64,000 bases of DNA from Gammaproteobacteria bacterium (GTDB lineage Bacteria > Pseudomonadota > Gammaproteobacteria > Eutrophobiales > Eutrophobiaceae): contig OZ250183.1 of assembly GCA_965238225.1 (NCBI GenBank), positions 1,120,001-1,184,000 on the forward strand, in the 5' to 3' direction. This document shows positions 22,453 to 32,989 of this stretch, piece after piece. Made by a program: the position numbers and the translations under genes. The notes under the pieces were generated by a model. The model saw only the letters and a list, made by a program, of their open reading frames with translations, did not search any database and was not told the DNA's origin. Position 1 is the first letter of the stretch; each line of letters begins with the position of its first letter.

Positions 22453-23418
22453 ATGTATACCAAAAATAAATTATTTTTACTCATCATATTGTACATTTCC
22501 ATTATCACTTCATCTGAAGCCCGTAATGAGGAAATTAAACTCTTAATAAAGCAAGGTACTTTTTCTAAGGCTCTGATGTTAGCGGAAGAACATCTAACTA
22601 AGAATCCTGATGAAATTCGAACCTTATTCTTAAAAGGAATAATACTCGCTAATATGAATAGACCTAAGAAATCTGCATCCATTTTTATTAGTTTAACTAA
22701 GAAGCGTCCGGAATTACCTGAGCCATACAATAATCTTGCTGTAATTTATGCAAAAAATGGTGAGTACGACAAAGCCGAAGAAGCTTTACGCAATGCTATA
22801 AATACGCACCCAAGTTATGCCATAGCACATAAAAACCTGAGCGATATTTACGCAAAAATGGCCTCTCAGGCTTACAATAAGATTCTACAACTTCACTCGA
22901 ATAAGCAGGAAGTAAAAAAAGATTCTCCAAAGAATCTCGCTATGATAGGCGCTCTAAACTCAGCGCCAAAGCTTGCAGACGATAAAAAAGAAATACAACC
23001 TGATCTGATAGTGGCAAAATTAGAACCTAGGCCAACGACCATCTTGAAACCTCTTTTTGATAAGAAAGCTACCCGTAAAGCAGTAAGAACTTCTGTGGAT
23101 AGATGGAAAAATAGCTGGTCTTCTAAAGACATTGATAACTACATCAAGAGTTATTCTGAAAAATTCATTCCACCAAATAATTTAAATCGTTCTAAATGGC
23201 AAAAACAACGCCGTATACGCTTGAATCAACCCAAGTATATAAAAATTTCTCTCGATAATTTAAAGATTAATATACTGAGCAAAGATATGGCATCAGTTAA
23301 GTTTCTTCAAATTTATCAATCTGACAACTATACAGATCGAGTTAAGAAACAATTGATATTAAATAAAATTGATGAGACTTGGTTAATTTCAAAAGAAGAA
23401 TCTAGCCAAGTTAGATAA
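22453..23418 (+). CDS. Exported TPR protein with C-terminal NTF2/Csd6-like domain
   Basis: Signal peptide, TPR PELPEPYNNLAVIYA, C-terminal WKNSWSSKDIDNYIKSYS...QIYQSDNYTD...WLISKE. Confidence 0.85.
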   Translation: MYTKNKLFLLIILYISIITSSEARNEEIKLLIKQGTFSKALMLAEEHLTKNPDEIRTLFLKGIILANMNRPKKSASIFISLTKKRPELPEPYNNLAVIYAKNGEYDKAEEALRNAINTHPSYAIAHKNLSDIYAKMASQAYNKILQLHSNKQEVKKDSPKNLAMIGALNSAPKLADDKKEIQPDLIVAKLEPRPTTILKPLFDKKATRKAVRTSVDRWKNSWSSKDIDNYIKSYSEKFIPPNNLNRSKWQKQRRIRLNQPKYIKISLDNLKINILSKDMASVKFLQIYQSDNYTDRVKKQLILNKIDETWLISKEESSQVR

Positions 23419-24615
23419 ATGCTAATAAAATTTTTAAAAACTACCGCTTGTTCTATTCTAATACTGCTTGCTTTGTGGCAAGCAGCAGAGGCAAAAGAGA
23501 GCTTATCTACCCAGTCAGAGCATCTTTTAATGTCTGCGCTCGAGGACATAGAACAATCAAAAACTGAAGAAGCTTTGACAAAGCTTAAAGTATTAAAAGA
23601 TATCAATCCAAAATTTGCTTTAGTACAATTAATTTATGCTGACTTAATGACGGCAAAAAACCAACGTATCGCAAATCTTGGAAATTCTCCTAAAATAAAT
23701 AATGAAGAAATTAACGCCTTGCGTAACGAAATACTGGCGCGGTGGAATTATTACAAATCTCCAATTAATAAAGAACTGATACCGCTTTCCTTGATTCAAT
23801 TATCTAATAAACAACGTTATGTATTAATTGTTGATCAATCTAGGCATCGTATGTTCTTATACAAAAACCAAAACGGTATACCCGTCTACGTGGATGATTT
23901 TTACACCACGATTGGCAAAAATGGTTACGGTAAAGTTTTTGAAGGTGATAAGAAAACACCTTTAGGTATTTATTTTTTCACGCATTTTATCGAAGCCAGT
24001 ACGCTACCAGATATGTACGGAGATGGTGCATTTCCAATTAATTATCCCAATATTTGGGATAAACGCAATGGTCGAACTGGCACAGGCATTTGGCTGCACG
24101 GCACCCCTTATGCAGTTTTTTCACGGCCACCTGAGGATAGTGATGGTTGTGTTATTATCAGCAATAACGATTTTAAGGCATTGGCTCCGTACATTAGCGT
24201 GAATCAAGTAACACCGTTAATTCTTGCAAAAGAAATTAAATGGGGTACCAAGTCCGAATGGCAAAAACGACAAAATAAATTTTATAACTATCTTGAGCAA
24301 TGGAGAAAAGACTGGGAAAGTCGTAATGTTGAGTTATATCTAAGCCATTACTCCAAGGACTATAAAGGCCTTGGTAAGGACTATGAAAAATGGGCTGAAC
24401 ATAAACGTCGTGTAACCCCATTCAAAAATTTCATCAAGATAAATCTAGATAATACGAGTATTTTTGTTTACCCAAATGGAACCGACCCTATTATGATTGC
24501 CACCTTCATGCAAAACTATTCCAGCGATAGTTTCCAGATCGCATTCCGAAAGCGCCAATACTGGAAAATGGAAAAAGATGGAACTTGGCGAATTATATTT
24601 GAGGGTTCAGTTTAA
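23419..24615 (+). CDS. YkuD-family (Csd6/Pgp2/DpaA-like) L,D-peptidase with C-terminal NTF2-like domain
   Basis: EGDKKTPLGIY, IWLHGT...SDGC catalytic His/Cys, C-terminal WRKDWES...YLSHYS...WRIIFEG. Confidence 0.88.
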   Translation: MLIKFLKTTACSILILLALWQAAEAKESLSTQSEHLLMSALEDIEQSKTEEALTKLKVLKDINPKFALVQLIYADLMTAKNQRIANLGNSPKINNEEINALRNEILARWNYYKSPINKELIPLSLIQLSNKQRYVLIVDQSRHRMFLYKNQNGIPVYVDDFYTTIGKNGYGKVFEGDKKTPLGIYFFTHFIEASTLPDMYGDGAFPINYPNIWDKRNGRTGTGIWLHGTPYAVFSRPPEDSDGCVIISNNDFKALAPYISVNQVTPLILAKEIKWGTKSEWQKRQNKFYNYLEQWRKDWESRNVELYLSHYSKDYKGLGKDYEKWAEHKRRVTPFKNFIKINLDNTSIFVYPNGTDPIMIATFMQNYSSDSFQIAFRKRQYWKMEKDGTWRIIFEGSV

Positions 24616-24622
24616 AATATTG

Positions 24623-25588
24623 TTATCTGGTTTTTTTATCATTGAGGGACTCATCCTCACCCAAGGCCATGCGTAATTCTTCCTCCATATCCAATAGTTC
24701 AACAGAATTGTTTTTCAGTATATTCTTTTTTAACCATCTAACCATATCTATCCATATATGATTAATTTCTCTAGGACTTGGCATAATACCGGCGTGTTCT
24801 AATTCAACAGTGAGTACCGGAATACTTCGTTGCACGCCAGCAAAGTTTCCTAGGGAACCAGGATAGGTTCCGAGCAGATCCAAATGTAATCGGCCAATTT
24901 TTTTGGGCGCGCGCGCGTCACCACTATGATTGAAATCTACGATTCCATGAGGGGCGTGAACAGCGATAATAACATCAGGTTTAAAATTGTTAATTTCATC
25001 ATAAAGCCAGCGACTCTCGGATTCGCTTAAAGGTCTAGAACCAGGATAACGGCGTGGGTTTTTACGGGTTCTAACTTCCCAGTAATATTTTGATTTTTCT
25101 TTCCAATTAAGTGTCGGGAAATTACGATTAAGATCTACGCCATTAGCATTGGTGCGTGTAGATTTTTTCTTTAACAGGCCGTCAGGATTCATGAGTGGAG
25201 AAATTCGCCAATGAAATAAGCCTGAATGATGTTTGTCCAACGTCCGAAGCCATTTAAAAGTGACGCTAACGGAAGAATATTCATCACCATGAACACCTCC
25301 AATTAACAAAACTCGACCCATTGGTTCACGATTTTCTAATGGAGGATATTCTTTAATTAGAATCGGAGCGCCTTGAGCGGAGGAACTACCACTGTCTTGC
25401 AAATTACGGTTCAAACATTCTTTGTAGTTAACGCTTGAGAGTTTTTTTGCAATACGGGTACACTCAAGATCGATGCGCGATACTGGTTTTAAAGTTTCAG
25501 TAAATGCACTGTTCGTATACAGAAATAAAATAGAGCTAAAAATGAGAGAAATTAGCGTAATAAAATAATTTTCAGGGAGCACTTGCAT
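24623..25588 (-). CDS. M14 zinc carboxypeptidase, murein peptide amidase A (MpaA)-like, with signal peptide
   Basis: HGDE (HxxE), RTNANGVDLNRNF, VHAP, YPGSLG, TVELE. Confidence 0.85.
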   Translation of the reverse strand: MQVLPENYFITLISLIFSSILFLYTNSAFTETLKPVSRIDLECTRIAKKLSSVNYKECLNRNLQDSGSSSAQGAPILIKEYPPLENREPMGRVLLIGGVHGDEYSSVSVTFKWLRTLDKHHSGLFHWRISPLMNPDGLLKKKSTRTNANGVDLNRNFPTLNWKEKSKYYWEVRTRKNPRRYPGSRPLSESESRWLYDEINNFKPDVIIAVHAPHGIVDFNHSGDARAPKKIGRLHLDLLGTYPGSLGNFAGVQRSIPVLTVELEHAGIMPSPREINHIWIDMVRWLKKNILKNNSVELLDMEEELRMALGEDESLNDKKTR

Positions 25589-25942
25589 GGATGTCCTATT
25601 ATTTCATATCTAGATAGATAGTCAAAAGAAAACTATGGTCATGCAATACTATAATTTACAATTATATAATGGTTTGAGGTGGAAGTGAGAATTGTTCTGA
25701 AACAATTTTGCATGGTGTATGCACGTCTTAATTGGCTTCGTTTTTGGTATGAATTTTAAAAAATTTTATGATATGGAACTTTGTAAACTTTCTTGTTCTT
25801 TAACCTTTTGGTTCGACTCTAATTTTTTATTTTCATTATTTTTTAGAATATTTAAAATAAACTGATTCTCCTTTTTTTAAATCTTAATTATAAAATCGAT
25901 ATCCAACATATTATCTTTCAATTTTTTCATGAATTTTTATAT

Positions 25943-26641
25943 TTAATATACTTTGAGAAAGCCGTCGTGTAGTTGATGGGTTTTATCCATTTTCAGAGCT
26001 AAGTTTTGATTATGTGTCACCATAATCAAACTGGTGCCAATATCCTGTTTTAATTCTAACATTAAATTAAAAACCTGATCTGCAGTTTTTTCATCCAGAT
26101 TGCCTGTAGGTTCATCAGCAAGGATACATTTAGGTTGAGTGACAAGTGCCCTAGCAATCGCAACACGCTGTCTTTCACCGCCCGATAATTCTCCAGGCTT
26201 GTGTTCCGAGCGATTTCCCAATCCAATTTTTTCTAGTAACTCTTGAGCCGATTTAGCTGCTAGCTCTGCATCACAATCATCAGAGATTAATAATGGCATG
26301 GCGACATTTTCAAGAGCAGTGAATTCTGGCAACAAATGATGAAACTGATAGATAAAACCTAGAGATTCATTACGTAATTTTTCACGTTCTGTATCTGTGA
26401 GGTTTAATATATTTTTACCGACAATTGATATCTCACCTTCATTGGGAAGATCCAGTCCTCCTAATAAATGTAACAACGTGCTTTTGCCTGAGCCAGATAT
26501 CCCCGTAATAGCAATACTTTCACCGCGCAAAACTTCTAAACCAATACCGCGCAAGACATCAACCTTTAAATCTCCTTCTATAAAAGATTTATATAAATTA
26601 GCACATGAAACAACCTGTTCATTCATAACACTATCATTCAT
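25943..26641 (-). CDS. lolD: Lipoprotein-releasing ABC transporter ATPase
   Basis: [35 protein letters not shown]. Confidence 0.96.
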   Translation of the reverse strand: MNDSVMNEQVVSCANLYKSFIEGDLKVDVLRGIGLEVLRGESIAITGISGSGKSTLLHLLGGLDLPNEGEISIVGKNILNLTDTEREKLRNESLGFIYQFHHLLPEFTALENVAMPLLISDDCDAELAAKSAQELLEKIGLGNRSEHKPGELSGGERQRVAIARALVTQPKCILADEPTGNLDEKTADQVFNLMLELKQDIGTSLIMVTHNQNLALKMDKTHQLHDGFLKVY

Positions 26642-27887
26642 ACCTAAGCGCCTCGGCAGCTTGTGTGTGTGCTGCTCTTAATGCGGGATAGATTGTCGCT
26701 AGTATGCAAAAAATGAACGCTACAATACTGATAACAATAACATCGTTCCAATGCATATCAGAAGGCAGATCGTTGATATAATAGACATCCGCTGAAAGAA
26801 ATTTCACGTCCAGAATATTTTCGATGGCAGGGATAATAGTTTCTACATTTATTGCTATACAGATACCGCTAATTGCACCAAATAAGATGCCAATCACGCC
26901 AATCAAAGTGCCTTGAATCATAAAGATCGCTAAAATACTTTTAGAACTGATGCCAATAGTTCTCAATACTGCGATATCTGCCTGTTTATCTGTAACTGTC
27001 ATGATTAATGTTGAAATGATATTGAATGCAGCAACAGCCACAATCAGTATCAAAATAAAAAACATTACGGTTTTTTCAGTCTTCAAGGCCTGAAAAAAAT
27101 TTGCATGTCTTTGTGTCCAGTCTTGCACCCAGAAATGTCCGGGTAGCTCCTTAGTAATATTTCTACTCACTTCTGGCGCAGTAAGAATGTTATTTGTTTT
27201 TATGCGTAACCCTGTAGGACCTAGCTTTCGAAATAAACGCATGGCATCATCCATATGAATGAGTGCCAAAGCACTGTCAAATTCATACATACCAATTTCA
27301 AAAATTCCTACAACCGTAAAACGTTTTAGTCTAGGCAAGATGCCTGCAGGAGTAATATTTGCCTGAGGGGATACTAATGTGACCTTATCGCCGTGAGTAA
27401 TGTCTAATGCTTGAGCGAGCTCTTTGCCAAGTAACATATTAAACTCTCCTGCCACAAGGCTTGAGAAATTACCCATAATCATTCTATCTGCAATTATAGA
27501 AACCTTGGTTTCTTCTTCTGGCAGAATGCCCCTGATGATAGTGCCATTAACATTTTTTGCATGAGTCAGCATGCCTTCAGCGTAAAAATAAGGCGCGACA
27601 CCAGTAACCTCAGGATAACGCGCTACTTCATCAGCTAAGGTTTTCCAATCTGAAAGAGATTTACCTTGCTCAACAATCGTGGCATGGGATGCCATGCCCA
27701 GTATCCTGTCGGTAAGTTCCTTTTCAAAACCATTCATGACAGATAGTACGATAATTAATGCCGCCACACCCAAACCAACGCCCAACATAGATATGAAAGA
27801 GATAAATGATATAAAATGGTTACGGCGTTTAGCTCTTACATAGCGTAGTCCAATAAATACTTCGACAGGTTTAAACATGGGCTGCAT
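26634..27887 (-). CDS. lolC: Lipoprotein-releasing ABC transporter permease (single LolC/E)
   Basis: [43 protein letters not shown]. Confidence 0.92.
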   Translation of the reverse strand: MQPMFKPVEVFIGLRYVRAKRRNHFISFISFISMLGVGLGVAALIIVLSVMNGFEKELTDRILGMASHATIVEQGKSLSDWKTLADEVARYPEVTGVAPYFYAEGMLTHAKNVNGTIIRGILPEEETKVSIIADRMIMGNFSSLVAGEFNMLLGKELAQALDITHGDKVTLVSPQANITPAGILPRLKRFTVVGIFEIGMYEFDSALALIHMDDAMRLFRKLGPTGLRIKTNNILTAPEVSRNITKELPGHFWVQDWTQRHANFFQALKTEKTVMFFILILIVAVAAFNIISTLIMTVTDKQADIAVLRTIGISSKSILAIFMIQGTLIGVIGILFGAISGICIAINVETIIPAIENILDVKFLSADVYYINDLPSDMHWNDVIVISIVAFIFCILATIYPALRAAHTQAAEALRYE

Positions 27888-27954
27888 TATAATGCCTCTT
27901 CCCAAGGTTTGGTAATGAAACATGGGTTAAATAAATTTTTTTATAATTTAAGGA

Positions 27955-28626
27955 TTGCTCTTGAAGCTACTTGCATTAGACACAACTACTGAAGCCTGTT
28001 CTGCCGCGCTACACATTGATGGTGTCACTACAACAAAATACCTAATCGCACCTCGTAAACATGCGGAGCTTATCCTCAACATGGTTGATGAACTGCTTTT
28101 AGAGTCATCCCTATCACTTGCCAAGCTAAATGCTCTGGCATTTGGGCGTGGTCCTGGTGCATTTACTGGTGTACGTATCGCAACAGGCGTAATCCAAGGG
28201 CTGGCAATGTCGGCAAATTGCCCTGTTGTACCTGTCTCAACGCTTGCGGCCTTGGCACAGGGGGCATTTTTTAAATCAAACCAAGTAGCCTGTGCAATTG
28301 ATGCGCGTATGGGTGAAGTTTATTGGGGTTTATATCAAGCAAATGAGGATAATATTATGCGACTTATCGGTGAAGAAACCGTGTGTCCGCCTCACGTTGT
28401 GCCTATTCCTGACTCGAATGGCTGGCTGGGTGTTGGCAGTGGCTGGGAAACATACGCAAATGAACTTGCATCTAGGATGGGTAAATCATTATCCGCTTGC
28501 CGGACTGACAGCTACCCCTCTGCAGAGGCCATATGTATACTTGCGGTTGATGGTTTCGAACGTGGGGAGGCTGTGGATGCTGCCAGCGCTCTGCCTGTGT
28601 ATCTAAGAGATAAAGTTACAAGTTAA
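27955..28626 (+). CDS. tsaB: t6A biosynthesis protein TsaB
   Basis: LALDTTTEACS, GRGPGAFTGVR, IDARMGEVY, PVYLR. Confidence 0.96.
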   Translation: MLLKLLALDTTTEACSAALHIDGVTTTKYLIAPRKHAELILNMVDELLLESSLSLAKLNALAFGRGPGAFTGVRIATGVIQGLAMSANCPVVPVSTLAALAQGAFFKSNQVACAIDARMGEVYWGLYQANEDNIMRLIGEETVCPPHVVPIPDSNGWLGVGSGWETYANELASRMGKSLSACRTDSYPSAEAICILAVDGFERGEAVDAASALPVYLRDKVTS

Positions 28627-28684
28627 ATAACTTGCAAGGTAAAATGTTTCATTGTATTTTAGCTTCTTAAGTCAAATAAGCTTT

Positions 28685-29065
28685 TTAGTCAAGACCCGTT
28701 AAAAATTCGTTATACGAATTTTCATCCATAAGCGCTTCAACTTCTTCAGGAGATTGCAGAGAGACTGACAAAACCCAGCCATCACCTTCGGGATCAGTAT
28801 TAACCAATTCTGGATCATTTTGTAAATCTTCGTTCACAGAAAGTACAGAACCAGTTAATGGCATTTTTATTTCTTCTGCGGTTTTCACTGATTCTATAAC
28901 TGCAGCTACATCACCCTTGCCGAGTGTTTTGTCAATCTCAGGCATTTCGATATAAACTACATCACCTAATTGTTCTTGAGCATAATCAGTAATGCCTATT
29001 GTTGCTGTGTTGTCTTCTTCTAGCCTCACCCACTGATGATCTTCTGTGTATTTCAGTTCGCTCAT
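28685..29065 (-). CDS. gcvH: Glycine cleavage system H protein
   Basis: GITDYAQEQLGDVVY, lipoyl-Lys motif ESVK, PEGDGW. Confidence 0.93.
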   Translation of the reverse strand: MSELKYTEDHQWVRLEEDNTATIGITDYAQEQLGDVVYIEMPEIDKTLGKGDVAAVIESVKTAEEIKMPLTGSVLSVNEDLQNDPELVNTDPEGDGWVLSVSLQSPEEVEALMDENSYNEFLTGLD

Positions 29066-29249
29066 AAAAAAATTATTCTATTAATATATTTAATTATTAC
29101 TATATTTAAGATACTAGATAAATACTGTTAACCAGTGTTTCTTAACGACCCCATTACTTTTTACAATACAGCATCTCTATTTACATAGATAAAAACTGAC
29201 AAAAATATCCAAGGTTCACGATATTCATTGAGCTATAATAATTTCAAAC

Positions 29250-30053
29250 TTAATTTTTAATCGACATTTTTTTTACACGTAAAACATCAGTTTCTACTTT
29301 TCCGGATGTATATAACTTTAGATAACGAAAGCCAGCCGTACGATTGTCTTTTTGATATTCAGCAGAATTTGACGCGAATTGCACACAAGTAGAGGGTGAT
29401 GCCATTAAATGTACATCATTTCTCTTAGAGTTAAATTCCTGATGGATATGTCCCCATAACACTACTTTAACATGATGATATTGATCAAGCACTGCAAAAA
29501 AATCTTGTGGATTATTTAATCGCATACTATCTAACCATACGCTACCAATCTCTACAGGGGGATGGTGTAAGCACACCAATACATGTATATCCTGATTTTC
29601 TTCCAGTAATTTATTTAATAAATCTAATTCTATTTGCTGAAGCTGTCCTGCATGAGTATTCTGAAGAAAAGAATCTAGCATGATGATTAACCATGAGCCT
29701 ATTTCTATTGATTTTGAAGTATGGACATTATTGATATTTAGCAATTTATGCATCAAGGTTGGGGAGTCATGATTGCCCGGCAAGCAAAAGATTGGTGCTT
29801 CAATAGATTTAAATATTTCTAATAATTTTTCGTAAGCAATAGTTTTTGCATCATGAACTAGATCGCCTGTTGCTAATACAGCATCCACTGGAAAATTATT
29901 TTTTCTAGCCAAACGCAGAACTTTATTGAGAGAAACTGTAGTATCAATACCAGAAAAACTATCTTTTTTATCAGCAAAAATATGCGTGTCTGTGATTTGT
30001 AATAATTCTACAAAGTCTTGTTGTGCTGGATTTATTTTAAAATGATTATTCAT
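29250..30053 (-). CDS. cpdA: 3',5'-cAMP phosphodiesterase (Icc/CpdA)
   Basis: QITDTH, TGDL, PGNHD, LHHPP, GHIHQ, PSTCVQF. Confidence 0.92.
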   Translation of the reverse strand: MNNHFKINPAQQDFVELLQITDTHIFADKKDSFSGIDTTVSLNKVLRLARKNNFPVDAVLATGDLVHDAKTIAYEKLLEIFKSIEAPIFCLPGNHDSPTLMHKLLNINNVHTSKSIEIGSWLIIMLDSFLQNTHAGQLQQIELDLLNKLLEENQDIHVLVCLHHPPVEIGSVWLDSMRLNNPQDFFAVLDQYHHVKVVLWGHIHQEFNSKRNDVHLMASPSTCVQFASNSAEYQKDNRTAGFRYLKLYTSGKVETDVLRVKKMSIKN

Positions 30054-30084
30054 GAATGATTTCTCGTGGCATTTTTTTACAATG

Positions 30085-30462
30085 TTACTTAGCCCATCGC
30101 TCACCCAATATAGGCAATCTTCTGATGAATGGAATCAATAATGCAAAAGCAAGCAAGCCAAGAATATCTGTAAAAATATCAAAGAATGAGAATATTCTGT
30201 ATGGTAAAAAATATTGAATAACTTCCAGTAAAACACTATAGGCAATTAATGGAACAATTTTAGCCGTATTGAAACGAGAATGTGGAAATGAAAAATCCAG
30301 CAAAAACGCTAAAATAAAAAAAGCAAAGAAGTGATTCACTTTATCGTCAAGCAATATAATAACTATAGATTTTGATGAGGTTGCTGCTATATATGTGATG
30401 GTCACAAAACTGACGCATAGTAATAATCTATAATAAATAATATGACTGCGAGATAATTTCAT
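30085..30462 (-). CDS. VanZ family membrane protein
   Basis: DKVNHFFAF, EVIQYFLPYR, DIFTD. Confidence 0.85.
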   Translation of the reverse strand: MKLSRSHIIYYRLLLCVSFVTITYIAATSSKSIVIILLDDKVNHFFAFFILAFLLDFSFPHSRFNTAKIVPLIAYSVLLEVIQYFLPYRIFSFFDIFTDILGLLAFALLIPFIRRLPILGERWAK

Positions 30463-30505
30463 TATCAGGGATAATTTTATTTCAGACAGAAACTTATAAT
30501 AATAA

Positions 30506-32422
30506 TTAGTGCATATTTTCAAAAAAGAAAGCATCAACATCTGCAAGATTCGTGCTTTTTTTCATATCAGGCAAACTTTTGAGAAAAATACTGCCATAAG
30601 ATTTTATTTTAAGCCTTGGGTCACAGATCATCAACACGCCATAATCATTAGCATCACGTATTAATCGACCTACGCCTTGTTTCAAACTAATAACAGCCTG
30701 TGGCAATTGATACATCATGAATGGGTTTTGTCCATTTTTCTCCATCTCCTGTGCACGTGCACGAAATACAGGGTCATCTGGCGGCGCAAAAGGTAATTTA
30801 TCAATAATGACACAAGAAAGTGCTTTACCTCTGACATCAACACCTTCCCAGAAACTAGTAGTACCCAATAAAATAGCATGCTGAGTCTCGCGGAATGACT
30901 GTAATAATTCTGATCGAGGCACATCCCCTTGCCGCATCAAAGGATAATCAATCCTTGGTTTTAACAGGCCATACGCCTCATCCATGGCGCGGTGACTGGT
31001 GAATAACAAAAATGCATGACCTTGGCTTGCCTCAATTACAGGCAAGGCCACGTTAATCACAGCCTCTGTATAAATCGATTCAGCAGGGCTTGGCATACCC
31101 TCAGGCAAATATAGCAATGCCTGTTTTTGATAATCAAAGGGACTGTCCCAGCTTTGTGCGTTTATCTGTGACAAACCAAGCTGGTTGGAAAAATGCGTAA
31201 AATCCTCCGCGACAGATAAGGTGGCTGAGGTATAGATACTATTACAATCATGTTCTGCTAAACGCGCCTGAAATGTTGCGGAGATATCCAGTGGGGTCTG
31301 ATGCAATAAAAAACCCCTGCCTCTGGTTTCCAGCCATTGTACTAAATCTTCTGATTCTCTTTCAATGAAAGTTTTTAAATTTTCGATCATGTTACTGCAT
31401 CGTTGCCAACAATTTTCCAGAGATTTGGAACGCTCCGAAAGAGTATCAAGATATTTTTCTAATGAATTTAAATGATCTAAAAATTCCTGTAATGCTTGTT
31501 TTACCTTTTTATCGGAAAATATTTCAACCCATACACTGCGTTTTTCCTTGCGACCAAGGCTCAAACGAAATCTACTCAAAGAAGTTTGGCATGCTCTGAT
31601 TTCGTCTAATATTCCTGCCATATCATTGGTATCTTGTAAATAAGCCGCCGTGGCATCACTGAATAACTCATTAAATTGTCGACTACTTAAAGTTTGGCTG
31701 AAAAATTCAGAGGCCAATGCCGGCAACTGATGCGCTTCATCAAAGATAATTGTATCTGCCTTAGGCAAGACTTCACCAAAACCTGACTCACGTAGCGCTA
31801 GGTCTGCTAACAGCAAATGATGATTGACAACGATTATTTCTGCTTCATTGGCCTTGCGTCTGGCCTTAAACACAAAGCAATCATCATAAAATTTGCACTC
31901 TTGTCCTAAACAATTCTCTGTATTGGAAATAATTTTAGAACGAATGACCGCATCTTCTGGTAAATCAATCAGTTCCGCCAGATCGCCTTTTTTTGTCTGT
32001 GTTGCCCATTTTTTGACCGTTTGCAGATGAGATAAATCTGCTTTTGCGATAGAAGCAGAATTTTCAGCGTCATTCTCTAAGCGATGTAAACAAAGATAGT
32101 TCGCTCTACCTTTAAGTAAGGCTGTCACCACCGGCAAATTTAATGCCTCACGTGCTATGGGCAAATCTTTGTAATACAACTGATCTTGCAAATGTTTTGT
32201 GCCCGTTGAAATAATCACGCGTTTTTGAGTAATGAGTGCAGGGATAAGATAAGCAAAGGTCTTTCCTGTTCCAGTGCCTGCCTCACAAATGAGTGACTCA
32301 TTATTGTTTAGAGCATCAAAAATTGTCTGTGCGAGCTTTTGTTGTTGAGGGCGAACAGTGAAGCCTTCGATACTGCTCGCTAATGAACCTGTTTTGGAAA
32401 AAATATCCTGAACATCAAACAT
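30506..32422 (-). CDS. yoaA: DinG-family Fe-S DNA helicase YoaA
   Basis: EAGTGTGKT, KGRANYLC, DEAH, FWEGVDV, QGVGRLIR. Confidence 0.93.
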   Translation of the reverse strand: MFDVQDIFSKTGSLASSIEGFTVRPQQQKLAQTIFDALNNNESLICEAGTGTGKTFAYLIPALITQKRVIISTGTKHLQDQLYYKDLPIAREALNLPVVTALLKGRANYLCLHRLENDAENSASIAKADLSHLQTVKKWATQTKKGDLAELIDLPEDAVIRSKIISNTENCLGQECKFYDDCFVFKARRKANEAEIIVVNHHLLLADLALRESGFGEVLPKADTIIFDEAHQLPALASEFFSQTLSSRQFNELFSDATAAYLQDTNDMAGILDEIRACQTSLSRFRLSLGRKEKRSVWVEIFSDKKVKQALQEFLDHLNSLEKYLDTLSERSKSLENCWQRCSNMIENLKTFIERESEDLVQWLETRGRGFLLHQTPLDISATFQARLAEHDCNSIYTSATLSVAEDFTHFSNQLGLSQINAQSWDSPFDYQKQALLYLPEGMPSPAESIYTEAVINVALPVIEASQGHAFLLFTSHRAMDEAYGLLKPRIDYPLMRQGDVPRSELLQSFRETQHAILLGTTSFWEGVDVRGKALSCVIIDKLPFAPPDDPVFRARAQEMEKNGQNPFMMYQLPQAVISLKQGVGRLIRDANDYGVLMICDPRLKIKSYGSIFLKSLPDMKKSTNLADVDAFFFENMH

Positions 32423-32431
32423 TATTTATAT

Positions 32432-32989
32432 CTACTTGAAATGATCAACATATCTTTCAATTGCCCATACCGCATTCATTTCCACATCATAACCTGAACT
32501 ATCTTTTTCTACATGTTTTATTGAGAACAAATATTTTTTGTAATTCTCGTTTTTAAGCATGTCCTTTAGGAATGGGATGAGGGAATCAGCTCGCCATAAG
32601 AAGTCGAATAAATATCCTTCATCACCCTTGCCACCGCTGCCAGAAAAAGCAAGAGGTCCGATACCAATAGCATTGCCTACGGCATCACAATATTCTTGAA
32701 TATTCTGTAAGAAACTTAAAAGCTCTTCTTCAGAAGTTACCCAAAAAAATTTCATTTTTGTTGTAGGTATCTCGATCAGTATGAGCGATTATCTTATCTC
32801 TAACTAGCTTCAGTTTTTTGCAATATTCAAGTATTTCTTCCGAAATCTTATTTATTTCTTCATTGAATTGCTTATTTTCTTTTAGCTGCTTATTGATTAA
32901 TTGAATCGAGATATTTTCACGCTTCCTCAGCGAGGCGCAGTGTTCTTCGAGCGCTTTAAAATCTTTAGCTAATTCGGAATCGCTCATCA
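32432..32989 (-). pseudogene. Degraded HEPN (AbiU2-like) ribonuclease gene
   Basis: MSDSELAKDFKALEEHC...RENISI...RDKIIAHTD (Rx5H), then a +1 shift at the A7 run 32743-32749 into ...GIGPLAFSGSGGKGD. The family assignment is from motif recall. Confidence 0.55.
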
